NCBI GenBank assembly: GCA_964016885.1
Contig: OZ024740.1
Span: forward strand, 82,646,001-82,710,000
DNA: 64,000 nucleotides
Reading direction: 5' to 3'
Origin: Eledone cirrhosa
Taxonomy: Eukaryota
Part shown: positions 28,901-40,488 of the stretch, piece by piece
How positions within the stretch are numbered: the stretch's first letter is position 1
Layout of the letters: each line of letters begins with the position of its first letter
Notes under the pieces: generated by a model
Told to the model about the DNA's origin: nothing
The model's database searches: none
Seen by the model: only the letters and a program-made list of their open reading frames with translations
Program-made: the position numbers and the translations under genes

Positions 28901-29385
28901 CACCCTCCACCCCTATCCGCTAATCCCACACAGTCCCAGCGTGCATCTAAGATCCCGTTCCAGTCGCCCACTAACACTAAAGAGCGGGACGTTCCAAGAA
29001 AGGTCTCCAGACGCCGGAAGAAATCAGGCCGCCCTGCTCCTGTCGGGGCATAGACGGCCACTAGCCTGAAAGCTTGCCCGTCTCCGCTGGTCACGTCCAG
29101 CACCACCAGCTTACCCTCTGGGTCCAGGAAGATGGCCCGTATGGCGAGATCCAAACCTCTCCGAAAAAGGACAGCAACTCCTCCACCCGATCCAGGACGG
29201 CTGGGAGATGCGTACACATCGTAGCCGCCGAAGATCGGTGCGAAGGCCCGTGCTTCGGAGATTCTGGTCTCGCTGATGGCCACTACATCTATGTTTAGTG
29301 ACCTGAGGTCGTTGAGCAGGTGACCCTGCTTCCATGACGACCCCAAGCCACGCGCATTTATGCTGCCTATTCTGAGTGAGGTCAT
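25966..29385 (-). CDS. ORF2p: apurinic endonuclease + reverse transcriptase + C-terminal CCHC zinc finger (1139 aa)
   Basis: Uninterrupted ORF with motifs NARGL, SET, YAP, GDWN, TDH; KSPGLDG, FRPITLLN, DQSKAFD, QGCPLS, YADD; CPRC-H-C. Confidence 0.95.
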   Translation of the reverse strand: MTSLRIGSINARGLGSSWKQGHLLNDLRSLNIDVVAISETRISEARAFAPIFGGYDVYASPSRPGSGGGVAVLFRRGLDLAIRAIFLDPEGKLVVLDVTSGDGQAFRLVAVYAPTGAGRPDFFRRLETFLGTSRSLVLVGDWNGILDARWDCVGLADRGGGCKSLTNLLRRFELSDRYRLDFPNVPMWTWTNRIGSSRSYLDRVFCREIDRSSIGCPQFKIVSYTDHKFVICVLDLDRLHRRGPGYWKLNASLPARKAYRDRISELVKRALTGAIVNNKWWFALKRAIRIESIRFSKALAIEKNRAEGELVRKLDEALSKGIATDVLAAKLALDQFFNAKHEGCVVRARVRALRHEGTKAVQWARVAEARRGNKATIRSLVDHDGRMLLDPGQMCEAFQRHFAQLFGGSGGPGRGMDFSVYLDGLPRLSATEAKCCEKPITAAEVREAMTGCTRGKSPGLDGLPYELYVQMPDLFGGLLADVYCNWQQNGRIPSSVSRGAVALLRKDPNKGDNIDNFRPITLLNTEFKILAKVLAKRLALVVGGLVGEAQTCAIPDRSIHDNLHLMRYIVERVAREPGTGGSLINLDQSKAFDRVDHRYLAAVLRAAGFGPVFRGWIAAMHSDICSVVRVNGHLSEPFNIMRSVRQGCPLSSLLYVLTLEPLLHTLKTLRGVPRELGCGRSVSAYADDVTVLVSNAKHIEAIGTTLREYEAVTGAMINQEKSVGLQLGTWRGRSMPSNSVVGRWTDGPVKLLGAWFGPDLQTDKNWDEVTSRVASLTQKWAERKLSLKGRAEVANAYIASVICYRLTVVPCPKPRLTALERLLFRFLWKGRAPMVRRSICCQHPLRGGLGMPWLMMRRHALRLRHLHLFLDGDQVWSPFARRVFPQLVSLTELQSSVKRRPRGSAWRLECLQALTALDQSGNVIGGNSTSAFYRGLVEGKSDDVLGETLGVDENQLANLFGRTFGPGPMDNFQKSLAWQCYRGALPVRDKLYRHGGAVRRACPRCAQGDETVLHALVQCPKIADLWVYVEHLLSRLGRIQLSSESIVRIAPPSSFSREGQAVFICLVAMAKEIVWWTRLKGLKTSTYLFGDALIDFFKFHLKTKIRVEKEVLSSQHFVERWVREARMARVNGPTLSIYL

Positions 29386-29419
29386 GTTTAAATAGAGTGG
29401 AAAAGATGGGAAAGACCAC

Positions 29420-31514
29420 TTACCGTACTTTTGGTAGAGGAGGGATGGTTTTTACATCCCTTTTCACTTGATCGTCTGGTGAAGGGACCGTTGAATCGTC
29501 CCTTCGGCTGGTCGTCGGCTCTTCTAAGAGAATGTCTGAATATACTCTTCGATTGATGGTTCCTCCTAGGTCCCTGAAATCACCAACTGCGTTGGGGAAT
29601 TTCGTTTTAATGTTTGTGTATTGTTTCTGTGCTATTTTTAGCAGTCTTATGTTAGTTGGCGTTTTGATTGGTGCTGGTATTATGTAGTCCTGTTGTGAAA
29701 TGTCTGTGTGTTCAATTATGTAAGTCATTAGTTTCTTGTTGTGTGTGTTTATTGCCGTGCATTTGTTTTTCTGGGGGTGGGGTGTGGTTCTGCTATTTTC
29801 TTGTCGTTGTTGCTGGGTGTGTGTGTTTTGTTGTTGTGTTTGCGATGTTGGTGCTTGTGGTGGTGGTGTTGAAGGTGTTGTTGGCGGTGGGGTTGTCGCC
29901 GGTGGTGATGGTGGTGCTGGTGTGGGTGGTGATGGTGTTGGTGGTGTTGCTGCTGTGGGTCTCTTTGCAGTAGACTTTACCCTTTTCTCATTTCTTTCCC
30001 CCCTTTTCAAAGGCGACGATGCGCTGCTTCTGCGTTTGTGCCTTCTTGCGACCTTTTGCCATCCCTCTCCCACCTCACACTCCATGTCTGATTCTGTAAG
30101 GTCGGGGAGGGGTACCAGCTCCACTCTTTCACTTGTTGTTGTTGGTGATGTTTGCACTGGAGTCTCTGTTGCAGCTGCATTTGGTATTGCTGTTGTTGTT
30201 GTTAATATTTCCACTGCTGCTGCTGTCTTTGATTTCCGTGGAGTGGGTATGGGTGCCACGGACCGATCGTTCCTGGTTGCCGCTTGTCCTGTTGCTGGTA
30301 GCCGTGGAGCCGGATTCGGAAGGGGGGGGGGGTTTCTCCTTTCTCAGGGTCTTCTCGTTGCAGAAGGCCCTGAGGTGAGTCTTCGATCCACAGCGAAAGC
30401 ATTTCGGGCGTTTGCCCTCAACACTTATGGGCAGTTGAGTGCCGTTATCGAAGTCTATCACATCCGGGATAGCTTCGATGCACTCCTGGTTGGTTTGGAT
30501 TAGCATCTCAATGGAGGAGCCGACCCAATCTTCTCTTACTTTTTTCTGTACTTGCAGTACAGTTGTTTTGTCCTCGATTCCGACGAGGACAGACGCGGCC
30601 AGCCAAGAAGGGGTCATTCCGGGGGGGACGTGGGTCAGTTTGACCCTCACAATTTTTTGCCCGCAGTAGGAGGGCACCAACACCATTTCCTCGCTCCTTA
30701 GGGTCACTACTGATTGGGCCTTTGCCTCCTGGGGTGTGGCAAAAAGTACGTCTACGGTGGCGTATTTTTTGCCTCGGGTGATGTGCGTTTTCCTCTGCCA
30801 CACAGACCCCAAGGCTTTTTGTATTTGGGCCTCTGTGGCTCTTTCCACCCTACGGGATTTTGTACTTACTGTACGGTACGTGACCGTACAGTGCTCTTGG
30901 GTTTCGAAAAAATTTTTCGCTGCCTTGCAGATTGCTCGGTGTCCGTTCTTTGTCACCATCTTCTTCGCTTCCTCTAATTCCTCATTTGTTATGAGGATTA
31001 TTTCCAAGTTTTTCGCAATACCTGCAAATGAGATTGGTTTTTCTCTGCTGTTGTTGTTGTCGTCAGAGCTGCTGGTACTTTTGTTGCTGCAGGTACTACG
31101 ACTACTGCCTCCGCCGCTGTTGCTGTGGTTGTTGTTGGTGTTGCTGCTGCTAATGCTGTTGTTGTTTATGCTGCTGGTGATGCTGTTGCGGCTGCTACTG
31201 TTGTTTTCATTGTCACTGTTGCTGTTGTTATTACGGCTGCTACTGCTATTATTCCTGACGTCAGACGAATGAACTGGGTTTTCGTATTTCCCGCACACCT
31301 GTTTCGTCGCTGTCGTCGTCGTCGTGGAGAAACCTTGCACGGTTTGCAGGAGACTTTTCTTTTCTTTCGTCGCTTGCGAAAGAGAAGGGAGGGAGAGAGA
31401 CACATTTAAAGAAGGGAGGGAGAGCGACAATCTTCTCTCTGCTGTAGTGATGATTGAGGAAGAAGAAGACGGAATGAGTGGGAGTGACGTATGAAATTTC
31501 TTTTTGGTAGCCAT
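29420..31514 (-). CDS. T4 ORF1p (gag-like zinc knuckle CFRCGSKTHLRAFC), split by one frameshift at a G run near 30322-30332
   Basis: ORFs 30129-31547 and 29420-30259 join at a homopolymer. CX2CX4HX4C knuckle, Asn/Ser-rich N-terminus and Pro/Thr-rich C-terminus. Confidence 0.8.
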
Positions 31515-31745
31515 GTTTTTTTGTTTAAAATGAAATTTTGGGTACAAAACCCCAATAACTGGTTATTTAACCCCGAAGGGCCAAATAACGGACAGAAAGA
31601 CCCCTCTCACGAGGAGGAGGGTGTCTTTATCAACAATTTGGTTCAAGTTTTAAACAATTTACAATTGTTTTAACGGTTAAAAATTACTATACCTTACAGA
31701 GCCGAACCTCCGTCAACCATGGCATTCAATAATAATAATAATAAT

Positions 31746-34700
31746 GATTTCTTTATTAACCACATGGGTTTACATAAAGTAGACATTAAGGACAGTGCAG
31801 GACAATGCAGGACGGTACAAATGGGCATTTCTGCGTGTAAAAAACAAAAACAGAGGATGTAACAAAAAATAACGATGAAAATAACAATGAAAAATTCCCC
31901 AAAAGGGGGGAGACTTCGGAGGGACATTTGTGGAGAAAGCCCAGTAAAAAGCCACAATGACCCTGACCACCAAGGCAAGTGCCCTCTCCCAGTTTTCCAC
32001 CTTTAATTTACAGATATATGCTCAGAGTAGGCCCATTCACTCGGGCCATTCTTGCTTCTCTCACCCATCTTTCAACAAAATGCTGGGAAGAGAGCACTTC
32101 CCTCTCTACTCTGATTTTCCTTTTCAAATGAAATTTGAAAAAGTCAATCAGAGCATCACCGAAGAGGTAAGTGCTCGTCTTCAGCCCTTTCAAACGTGTC
32201 CACCATACTATCTTTCGCCATGGCCACCAGACAGATAAACACTGCCTGCCCTTCCCGGCTAAAGGAGGAGGGCGGGGCAATCCTCACGATGGACTCAGAT
32301 GATAGCTGGATCCGTCCTAAACGCGACAGCAGGTGTTCGACATAAACCCACAAGTCAGCAATGATCGGACACTGGACGAGTGCGTGCAGGACGGTTTCGT
32401 CGCCCTGCGCGCATCTCGGACATGCCCGGCTGACGGCACCTCCATGCCTGTAGAGTTTATCCCGAACTGGCAAGGCTCCTCGGTAGCACTGCCAGGCCAG
32501 AGATTTCTGGAAGTTGTCCATAGGCCCCGGCCCGAAAGTCCTTCCGAAGAGATTGGCTAGTTGATTTTCGTCGACGCCTAGAGTTTCCCCAAGTACGTCG
32601 TCGCTCTTACCCTCCACTAATCCTCTATAGAACGCCGAGGTGGAGTTTCCACCGATCACATTGCCCGATTGGTCGAGGGCTGTGAGCGCCTGAAGACATT
32701 CCAGTCTCCAGGCGCTCCATCTCGGTCTTCGCTTGACCCAGGACTGCAGCTCCGTCAAGGAAACGAGATGGGGAAATACGCACCTAGCAAACGGTGACCA
32801 CACCTGATCACCGTCGAGGAAGAGGTGGAGATGTCGTAGCCTGAGCGCGTGCCTGCGCATCATCAGCCACGGCATGCCCAGCCCTCCACGTAGCGGGTGT
32901 TGACAACAGATGGACCGCCTGACCATCGGAGCACGTCCCTTCCACAAAAAGCGAAAGAGCAAACGCTCCAGCGCAGTCAGGCGAGGCTTAGGACAAGGTA
33001 CGACGGTCAGGCGGTAGCAGATGACAGACGCGATGTACTCGTTAGCCACCTCCGCTCGACCTTTCAGGGATAGTTCCTCTCGGCCCATTTCTGGGTGAGA
33101 GAAGCCACCCTGCTCGTCACCTCGTCCCAGTTTTTGTCCGTCTGGAGGTCCGGACCGAACCAGACCCCTAGCAATTTAACCGGTCCGTCCGTCCAGCGTC
33201 CGACGACGCTGTTGGACGGCATGGACCTGCCTCTCCAGGTGCCGAGCTGCAGGCCCACTGACTTTTCCTGGTTGATCATTGCTCCTGTCACCGCTTCGTA
33301 TTCTCTTAGTGTAGTGCCGATCGCCTCGATGTGTTTGGCGTTCGACACCACTACGGTGACATCGTCCGCATATGCTGACACGGATCTTCCGCATCCTAGT
33401 TCGCGCGGGACTCCGCTCAACGTCTCCAGTTTGTGCAGTAATGGCTCGAGAGTCAATACGTACAAGAGGGACGAGGGGGGACAACCTTGGCGGACCGAGC
33501 GCATGATGTTGAACGGTTCCGACAGGTGACCGTTCACTCTCACCACAGAGCAGATGTCGCTGTGCATGGCAGCGTTCCAGCCTCTGAAGACGGGCCCAAA
33601 GCCAGCCGCCGTCAGGACTGCCGCTAGGTAACGATGGTCGACCCTATCGAAGGCTTTCGACTGATCTAAATTAATCAAAGACCCACCCGTGCCAGTTCCC
33701 TAGCTACCCTCTCTACGATGTATCGTATGAGGTGGAGGTTGTCGTGGATGGATCTGTCGGGAATGGCGCATGTCTGCGCCTCTCCCACCAGACCACCAAC
33801 GACAAGCGCCAAACTCTTTGCTAGCACCTTGGCCAAAATCTTAAACTCTGTGTTTAGCAGTGTTATGGGCCGGAAATTTTCTATGTTATCCCCCTTGTTC
33901 GGATCCTTTCTCAGCAGTGCCACCGCTCCTCGGCTCACAGACCTGGGAATTCTCCCGTTCTGTTGCCAGTTGCAGTAGACGTCCGCCAAGAGGCCTCCTA
34001 ACAAGTCTGGCATCTGTACGTAAAGTTCATAGGGCAGACCATCCAAACCAGGTAAATACCCCTTGTGCAGCCAGTCATTGCCTCCCTTACTTCAGCGGCT
34101 GTTATCGGCTTTTCGCAACACTTCGCCTCAGTGGCCGAGAGCCGCGGCAGTCCGTCGAGGTAGACACTAAAGTCCATCCCTCGATCCGGCCCACCGCTGC
34201 CCCCGAACAGCTGAGCGAAGTGTCGCTGAAAAGCTTCACACACTTGCCCCGGATCGAGTAGCATGCGCCCGTCGTGGTCCACCAAAGACCGGATCGTGGC
34301 TTTGTTGCCACGACGCGCCTCCGCCACTCGGGCCCATTGAACGGCTTTCGTCCCCTCGTGTCTGAGAGCACGCACCCTTGCTCTGACAACGCAGCCTTCG
34401 TGCTTTGCATTGAAGAATTGGTCAAGGGCTAATTTCGCCGCAAGCACGTCGGTCGCAATGCCTTTGCTAAGCGCCTCGTCTAATTTTCTAACTAGTTCTC
34501 CCTCTGCTCTATTTGTCTCTATTGCTAAAGCCTTACTAAACCTAATCGATTCTATTCTAATCGCTCTTTTCAGAGCAAACCACCACTTGTTGTTGACGAT
34601 GGCCCCCGTCAACGCCCGCTTAACTAGTTCGCTAATCCGGTCTCTGTAGGCCTTGCGCGCTGGTAAGGACGCGTTTAGCTTCCAGTAGCCGGGTCCTCGT

Positions 34701-34785
34701 CTATGAAGCCTATCTAAGTCAAGCACACAGATCACGAATTTGTGGTCCGTGTAGCTGACTATCTTGAATTGTGGACTGCCTATGC

Positions 34786-34787
<2 letters not shown>
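31746..34787 (-). mobile_element. Tx1 family A element T5, 5'-truncated within APE domain
   Basis: Near-identical to T4 25705-28750 with a few frameshifts. It stops at (TAA)n 34788-34823. Confidence 0.93.
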
Positions 34788-34825
<38 letters not shown>

Positions 34826-35585
34826 CAACAAAAAATTACCAAGCCAACATAATAAAAAATGGATGCAGCCCATTATGCCGTGTGTGCAAAAAACAACCAG
34901 AGACCATTGACCATATAATTTCAATGTGCGGTCCTATAGCTCCAACCGAATACCTAAACAGGCATGACAGAGCTGCACAATACATACATTGGATAATGTG
35001 TAAGCATTTTGACCTGCCCATCAAAAGAATTGGTGGGAGCATCAACCACCTCCCATACTTGATAAAGATCACATCTCAATCTTGTGGAACTTTAGCATCC
35101 AAACAGACCGAAAAATAGATGCATATAGACCTGATATAATACTGAAGGACTTTAAAAAGAGGGTATGCCTGCTAATTGATATGTCTGTTCCAATAGACAA
35201 GAATGTGTCTATAAAAACATTTGAAAAATTGAGCAAGTATAAGGACCTGGAGATAGAAATTGGAAAAATGTGGAAATTGAGAACTAAAACAATACCAGTG
35301 GTTGTAGGCGCTCTGGGAATGATACCTAAGGGATCTAATGATTACTTATCGCAAATCACAGGAAACCCGCGTATAGGAGAAATACAAAAGATAGTACTAA
35401 TTGGAACTGCCCATATACTAAGGAAGATTCTGTCAGTATAAGTACATCACAAGTCTAAACACTAAAGATGCATGTGTGAGTATGTATGCTCTTTCTTGAA
35501 CATGGCGGACCTTGTTGTCTCTTGAGGTCACTGGTTGTGACTTGGTGATAACTCGTATGAACATAAAGCAAGATAAATGCAACTG
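34826..35585 (+). mobile_element. Dong/R4-like RLE non-LTR element D1, 3' fragment
   Basis: CRVC...HIISMC zinc finger, RHD, RPD...D...K..KY restriction-like endonuclease, and (TAA)n tail at 35586-35603. Near-identical to 39710-40470. Confidence 0.9.
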
Positions 35586-36515
35586 TAATAATAATAATAA
35601 TAAATCAATTGTGAAATAACAATTCTTAGTACAAATGTTGCATAAACCAACGAATCAAGTCCCATAAAATTTCGGATCCATATTATATTGTTATATCGCT
35701 CAAATTTTTCAATTTTGTATTATATATTTTGTATTCAAAAAAGAAAATGGTTATAAATGGAAGAAAACACCCTCTGTCTACACCATATAGAACAGCCAAA
35801 TAACAGCAATTTCACCAACACCAGAATCTTGATACACCACCTACCCAATCACACTAAATATAACAGCCAGATAACGGCAATTTCACCACCACCCCCACCA
35901 ATCCCAGCATCATAATAATAATTACTATTATTATTGTCTCAAGTTTAACAAAATGTTTAATTCCAATTTTACGGGAATATGTCAACACAATATATAATAA
36001 ACATACGCGACACACACTCATAGATACTACATATCACAAAACTCAGTAACGACAACGCCACCGCCGCCACCACTTCATCCATCATTGCTACCACTATCCC
36101 ATCACCGCCGCCACTACTCCTTCATTGCTACCACCACTATTCCCCTGTTAACTTGAGAGAGAAAGGGGAAGGTGGCGGTATCACTAGACAAGGGAGAAGC
36201 TAGCAAAAGATATAAATAGATTGACTTAGTGACCTGGCCACCGGCCAAACGTCAACATCAACAACTATCGCACTGCTGGCTCACCCCTTCCTCACCAACA
36301 ATATAAACATCCCCAGAACCACCACCGACCTAGCCAACAACAATAACAGGCAACTTCAGCAAAAAGTATATTATATTATTGTAATGCACTGGGTGATTGC
36401 TGGGCTTGTGCCTGGAGTGGAGACAATTATTAATAATTTCATTCTTAAACCACGCAATGCTGACATTAAGGAACCACTCATGATAATAACAATTTAAATA
36501 AAACAACAAAAAGAA

Positions 36516-39500
36516 AACCCCGTGACAAAGAAATACCTGGATGGCGGCCGGCGGGGAATAGCCGTGTCTCTAGGGGAGAACGACCCCTCTAGTCTTGGTT
36601 GACACTCGTTCTAGAAGTGGTAACACGAAATGATTACCCCTTGGCGGATAAGGATAAAACGCGACAAAATAAAGTAAATGTCTAATGATAAAATCTCATA
36701 CGGATCGGCCGTCACCCGGGTAAAAAAGGGCCGCGTCCCTCAGAGAGGAACCAGACTGGGGTCGAATAATCAGCTAATGGTTCAAACCTTCCCATCACTT
36801 CGGAGCTGGAGACCACCCATATCCGGAATACTCCTACTGTTGGCCCTCCATGCTCACCACCAAGAAATCCAAAGTAAAAGAGAGAAAAATGGTCAAGGGA
36901 AGATAATAAATAAGTCCTTGAGGCTTTCTACACTGCCATGTACTACCCATCAAATACATCGAATACAGAACAGACATATATCAACTGGAAAAAGAAACAT
37001 CCCGAAAACAGAGGCTATATTGACAGCAACAAACTAGCCAATATACGAAGAAATATTGTAAGAAAAAAGTTACTAACTGATATAGAAATTGATCAGATCA
37101 AGCTATTAGCACAAAGTCAGCGAAGGGAAAATGAAACACGTGTCAGTGAAAACGAGGTAAATTGTAACACTTCGAATCCCAGGGTTGGGGCGGAATCACT
37201 GGCAACAGAACAAATTAAAGACAGGAGCGAAAAAGTGGAGGGAGTGCATGCTCAAGATGAAACTCCAAATGAAAATAATGAGATCGTAAATGATAAAGAA
37301 ATGAATGAGAAAAAACTTGCCAATTTGACGGATGAAATTATGATCGAATGGATGAAAATGAAAGAATCTGACATGGGGCAACGAGACACCCTCCCTAAGA
37401 TCCAGAACTCCAAACAGAACCAAAAGATAATACACAAGACTAACATAATTCTCAAAAACATTATCATCACAAACAAACTAAATATTACTGATTTAAATCA
37501 TCTCTATTATGCATCGGCTAAAGTCACCACTCACTTGTGTGGAGTGAAGATGAAAAAACAAAGGAATTCCCACAAGAAATCTACTTGGCAAGAGAACATC
37601 AATCGCCAAATAAACCTTCTCCGATCTGACATAGACATTTTAACAAACTATAAAATAGGTAAACATGTTAAACAAACAAAACTTAGAAAATTGAAAAAAA
37701 AGTACAGTATAAAATCAACAAGTGACATAGACATGCGATAGAAATAATCAAGCAACAAGTTGCGGCCAAAGCTGCTCGTATAAGGCGCTTTGAAAAACGA
37801 TCTAGATTCTATAAGGACAATAATATGTTCAAAAACAACCAAAGAAACTTCTACAGAAAAATTGGTAAGTCAACAATAACTGCTAAATCAATACCACCCA
37901 AGGAGGAAGTGCAAGAATTCTGGGAAAAGATCTGGGCCGAAGAAAAAGTTCATAACATACATGCCCCATGGATAGACAGACAAATGAAAGATACAGCTCA
38001 CCTTGAGGAACAAATATGGGAAAATATAACAGTTGAACAGTTGCGCTTGACTCTAAAAAAACCCACCAAATGGAAATCCCCAGGAAAAGACAAAATACAA
38101 ATCTTTTGGATAAATGCCTTCACAGCATCTCATGAGCTGTTAGGCCAACTTTACAATGAAATAGTTAAGGAGCCAGAAAAGATACCATCATGGCTAGTTA
38201 ACGGCATTATATTCCTGCTTCCGAAGAATGATGAAACAAACAATCCCAAAAATTACAGACCGATAACTTGCTTGACCACAATGTATAAAATTTTAACATC
38301 AGTCCTAACTGAATACACATATGACCACCTGATAACAAATGACCTATTTCCCATTGAGCAGAAAGGGTGTAAACGGGGCTCATATGGCTGTAAGGATCAG
38401 CTTCTGGTTAACAAAATGATACTGGAAGATTGTCATAATAGACACAAAAATCTATTGATTGCTTGGATAGATTATAAAAAAGCATTCGATAGTTTGCCAC
38501 ACAGTTGGATTGAAAAATGTTTAGAGATTTTCAAAATATCCCCCGTTGTCAGGAGGTTTTTGTCATTCAGTATGAAGACATGGAAAACGACACTCCTTTT
38601 GAATAGTGAAACAAAATCACTGGAAGCTGGAGAAGTTAATATTATAATTTTGGAATGTTTCAGGGTGACTCTTTATCACCGCTTTTATTCTGCATCGCAC
38701 TTATACCATTAAGTAAAATGCTCAATGAAACAAAACATGGATATAAAGTCTATGACAAAACCATTAATCACTTGTTATACATGGATGACCTGAACTATTT
38801 CCAAAAAATGATGAACAATTGCAAGGGCTATTATCCACTGTGGAGCAGTTCAGTGATGACATTAAAATGGAGTTTGGACTAGATAAATGCGCCAAAGCAA
38901 CGTTCACCAGAGGAAAGCTGCTGAAGAGTTCAGACATTAATCTTGATCGGGTGAACGTGATAAGAGAACTTGATCAAGAAAAAACTTACAAATATCTAGG
39001 TGTTTGTGAAGGAGACGGAATCAAGCACTCGACAATGAGGGAAAGGATAAGGAAGGAATGTTACCGCAGAGTAAGAGCAATCTTAAGAACGGAATTGAAT
39101 GCAAGGAATAGGATCGATGCCATAAACACGCTTGCCATACCAGTAGTAACCTACAGTTACAATGCATCAACTGGTCAAGCACAGAGATCCGTAGATTCGA
39201 TACAAAAATTCGAAAACTCTTAACCATGCACAGAATGCATCACCTTAAGGCAGATACAGATATAATATATCTCCCTAGGAAAGAAGGAGGACGTGGGTTA
39301 ATTCAGTTAGATATTGCGTTGAAAACTGCAACAATTAGATTATCTACATATCTAAGGGAATCACATGATTGGATGATCAAACTCGTTTTGAAACACGAAA
39401 GCATCAAAAGATCATATTCCATTACAAAAGATGCACAAAGATACAGTAATGGACTACAAATTTCAGAAGTCCCATTTACTGCTGCAATGGAAAACACAGA

Positions 39501-40470
39501 AAAAGCAAAGCAGGTAAAAGTAACTGCAAAGAAAGAACTGCTACAGAAACTGGCTAAGAAATGGCAAGAAAAGCCTCTGTATGGAAAATACCCAGAGCGA
39601 GCTAACAATCCTGATGTTGACAACATTTTAACCCATCAGTGGTTGGCATCCTCGGGACTGAAATCGGAGACTGAAGGACTGATTATATCAGCACAAGATC
39701 AGTGTCTGCCAACAAAAAATTACCAAGCCAACATAATAAAAAATGGATGCAGCCCATTATGCCGTGTATGCAAAAAACAACCAGAGACCATTGACCATAT
39801 AATTTCAATGTGCAGTCCTATAGCTCCAACCGAATACCTAAACAGGCATGACAGAGCTGCACAATACATACATTGGATAATGTATAAGCATTTTGACCTG
39901 CCCATCAAAAGAATTGGTGTGAGCATCAACCACCTCCCATACTTGAAAAAGATCACATCACAAACTTGTGGAACTTTAGCATCCAAACAGACCGAAAAAT
40001 AGATGCAAATAGACCTGATATAATATTGAAGGACTTTAAAAATAGGGTATGCCTGCTAATTGATATGTCTGTTCCAATAGACAAGAATGTATCTATAAAA
40101 ACACTTGAAAAATTGAGCAAGTATAAGGACCTGGAGATAGAAATTGGAAAAATGTGGAAATTGAGAACTAAAACAATACCAGTAGTTGTAGGCGCTCTGG
40201 GAATGATACCTAAGGGATCTAATGATTACTTATCGCAAATCACAGGAAACCCGCGTATAGGAGAAATACAAAAGATAGTACTAATGGGGACTGCCCATAT
40301 ACTAAGGAAGATTCTGTCAGTGTAAGTACATCACAAGTCTAAACACTAAAGATGCATGTGTGAGTATGTATGTTCTTTCTTGAACATGGCGGACCTTGTT
40401 ATCTCTTGAGGCCACTGGTTGTGACTTGGTGATAACTCGTATGAACATAAAGCAAGATAAATGCAACTCT
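36516..40470 (+). mobile_element. Dong/R4-like RLE non-LTR element D2, near full length, frameshifted
   Basis: Single-ORF layout in pieces at 36678-40325, with motifs WKSPGKD, YRPITCL, DYKKAFDS, FQGDSLSP, YMDD, CCHC finger and RPD RLE, plus an (AAT)n tail at 40471-40488. The 5' boundary is approximate. Confidence 0.9.
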
Positions 40471-40488
40471 AATAATAATAATAATAAT

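Larger units (their letters stand above)
25705..31727 (-). mobile_element. Tx1-clade element T4, full length (~6 kb), near intact
   Basis: 5' UTR, ORF1 with one frameshift, intact ORF2 and 3' UTR with AATAAA. (AAT)n lies at 25663-25704 and 31728-31745. Confidence 0.95.

Noticed and set aside
26293-31409. Plus-strand ORFs overlapping the Tx1 elements
   Set aside because: They are antisense shadows of GC-rich or low-complexity coding sequence with no motifs.
33998-35118. ORFs running across the T5/(AAT)n/D1 junction (poly-Y, poly-N)
   Set aside because: Chance read-through of a microsatellite junction between two elements.
35604-36515. Unassigned spacer with a short duplication (AACAGCCA.ATAAC.GCAATTTCACCA) and a SINE-like tail at ~36380-36435
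   Set aside because: No recognisable domain or long ORF, so I cannot classify it from the sequence alone.
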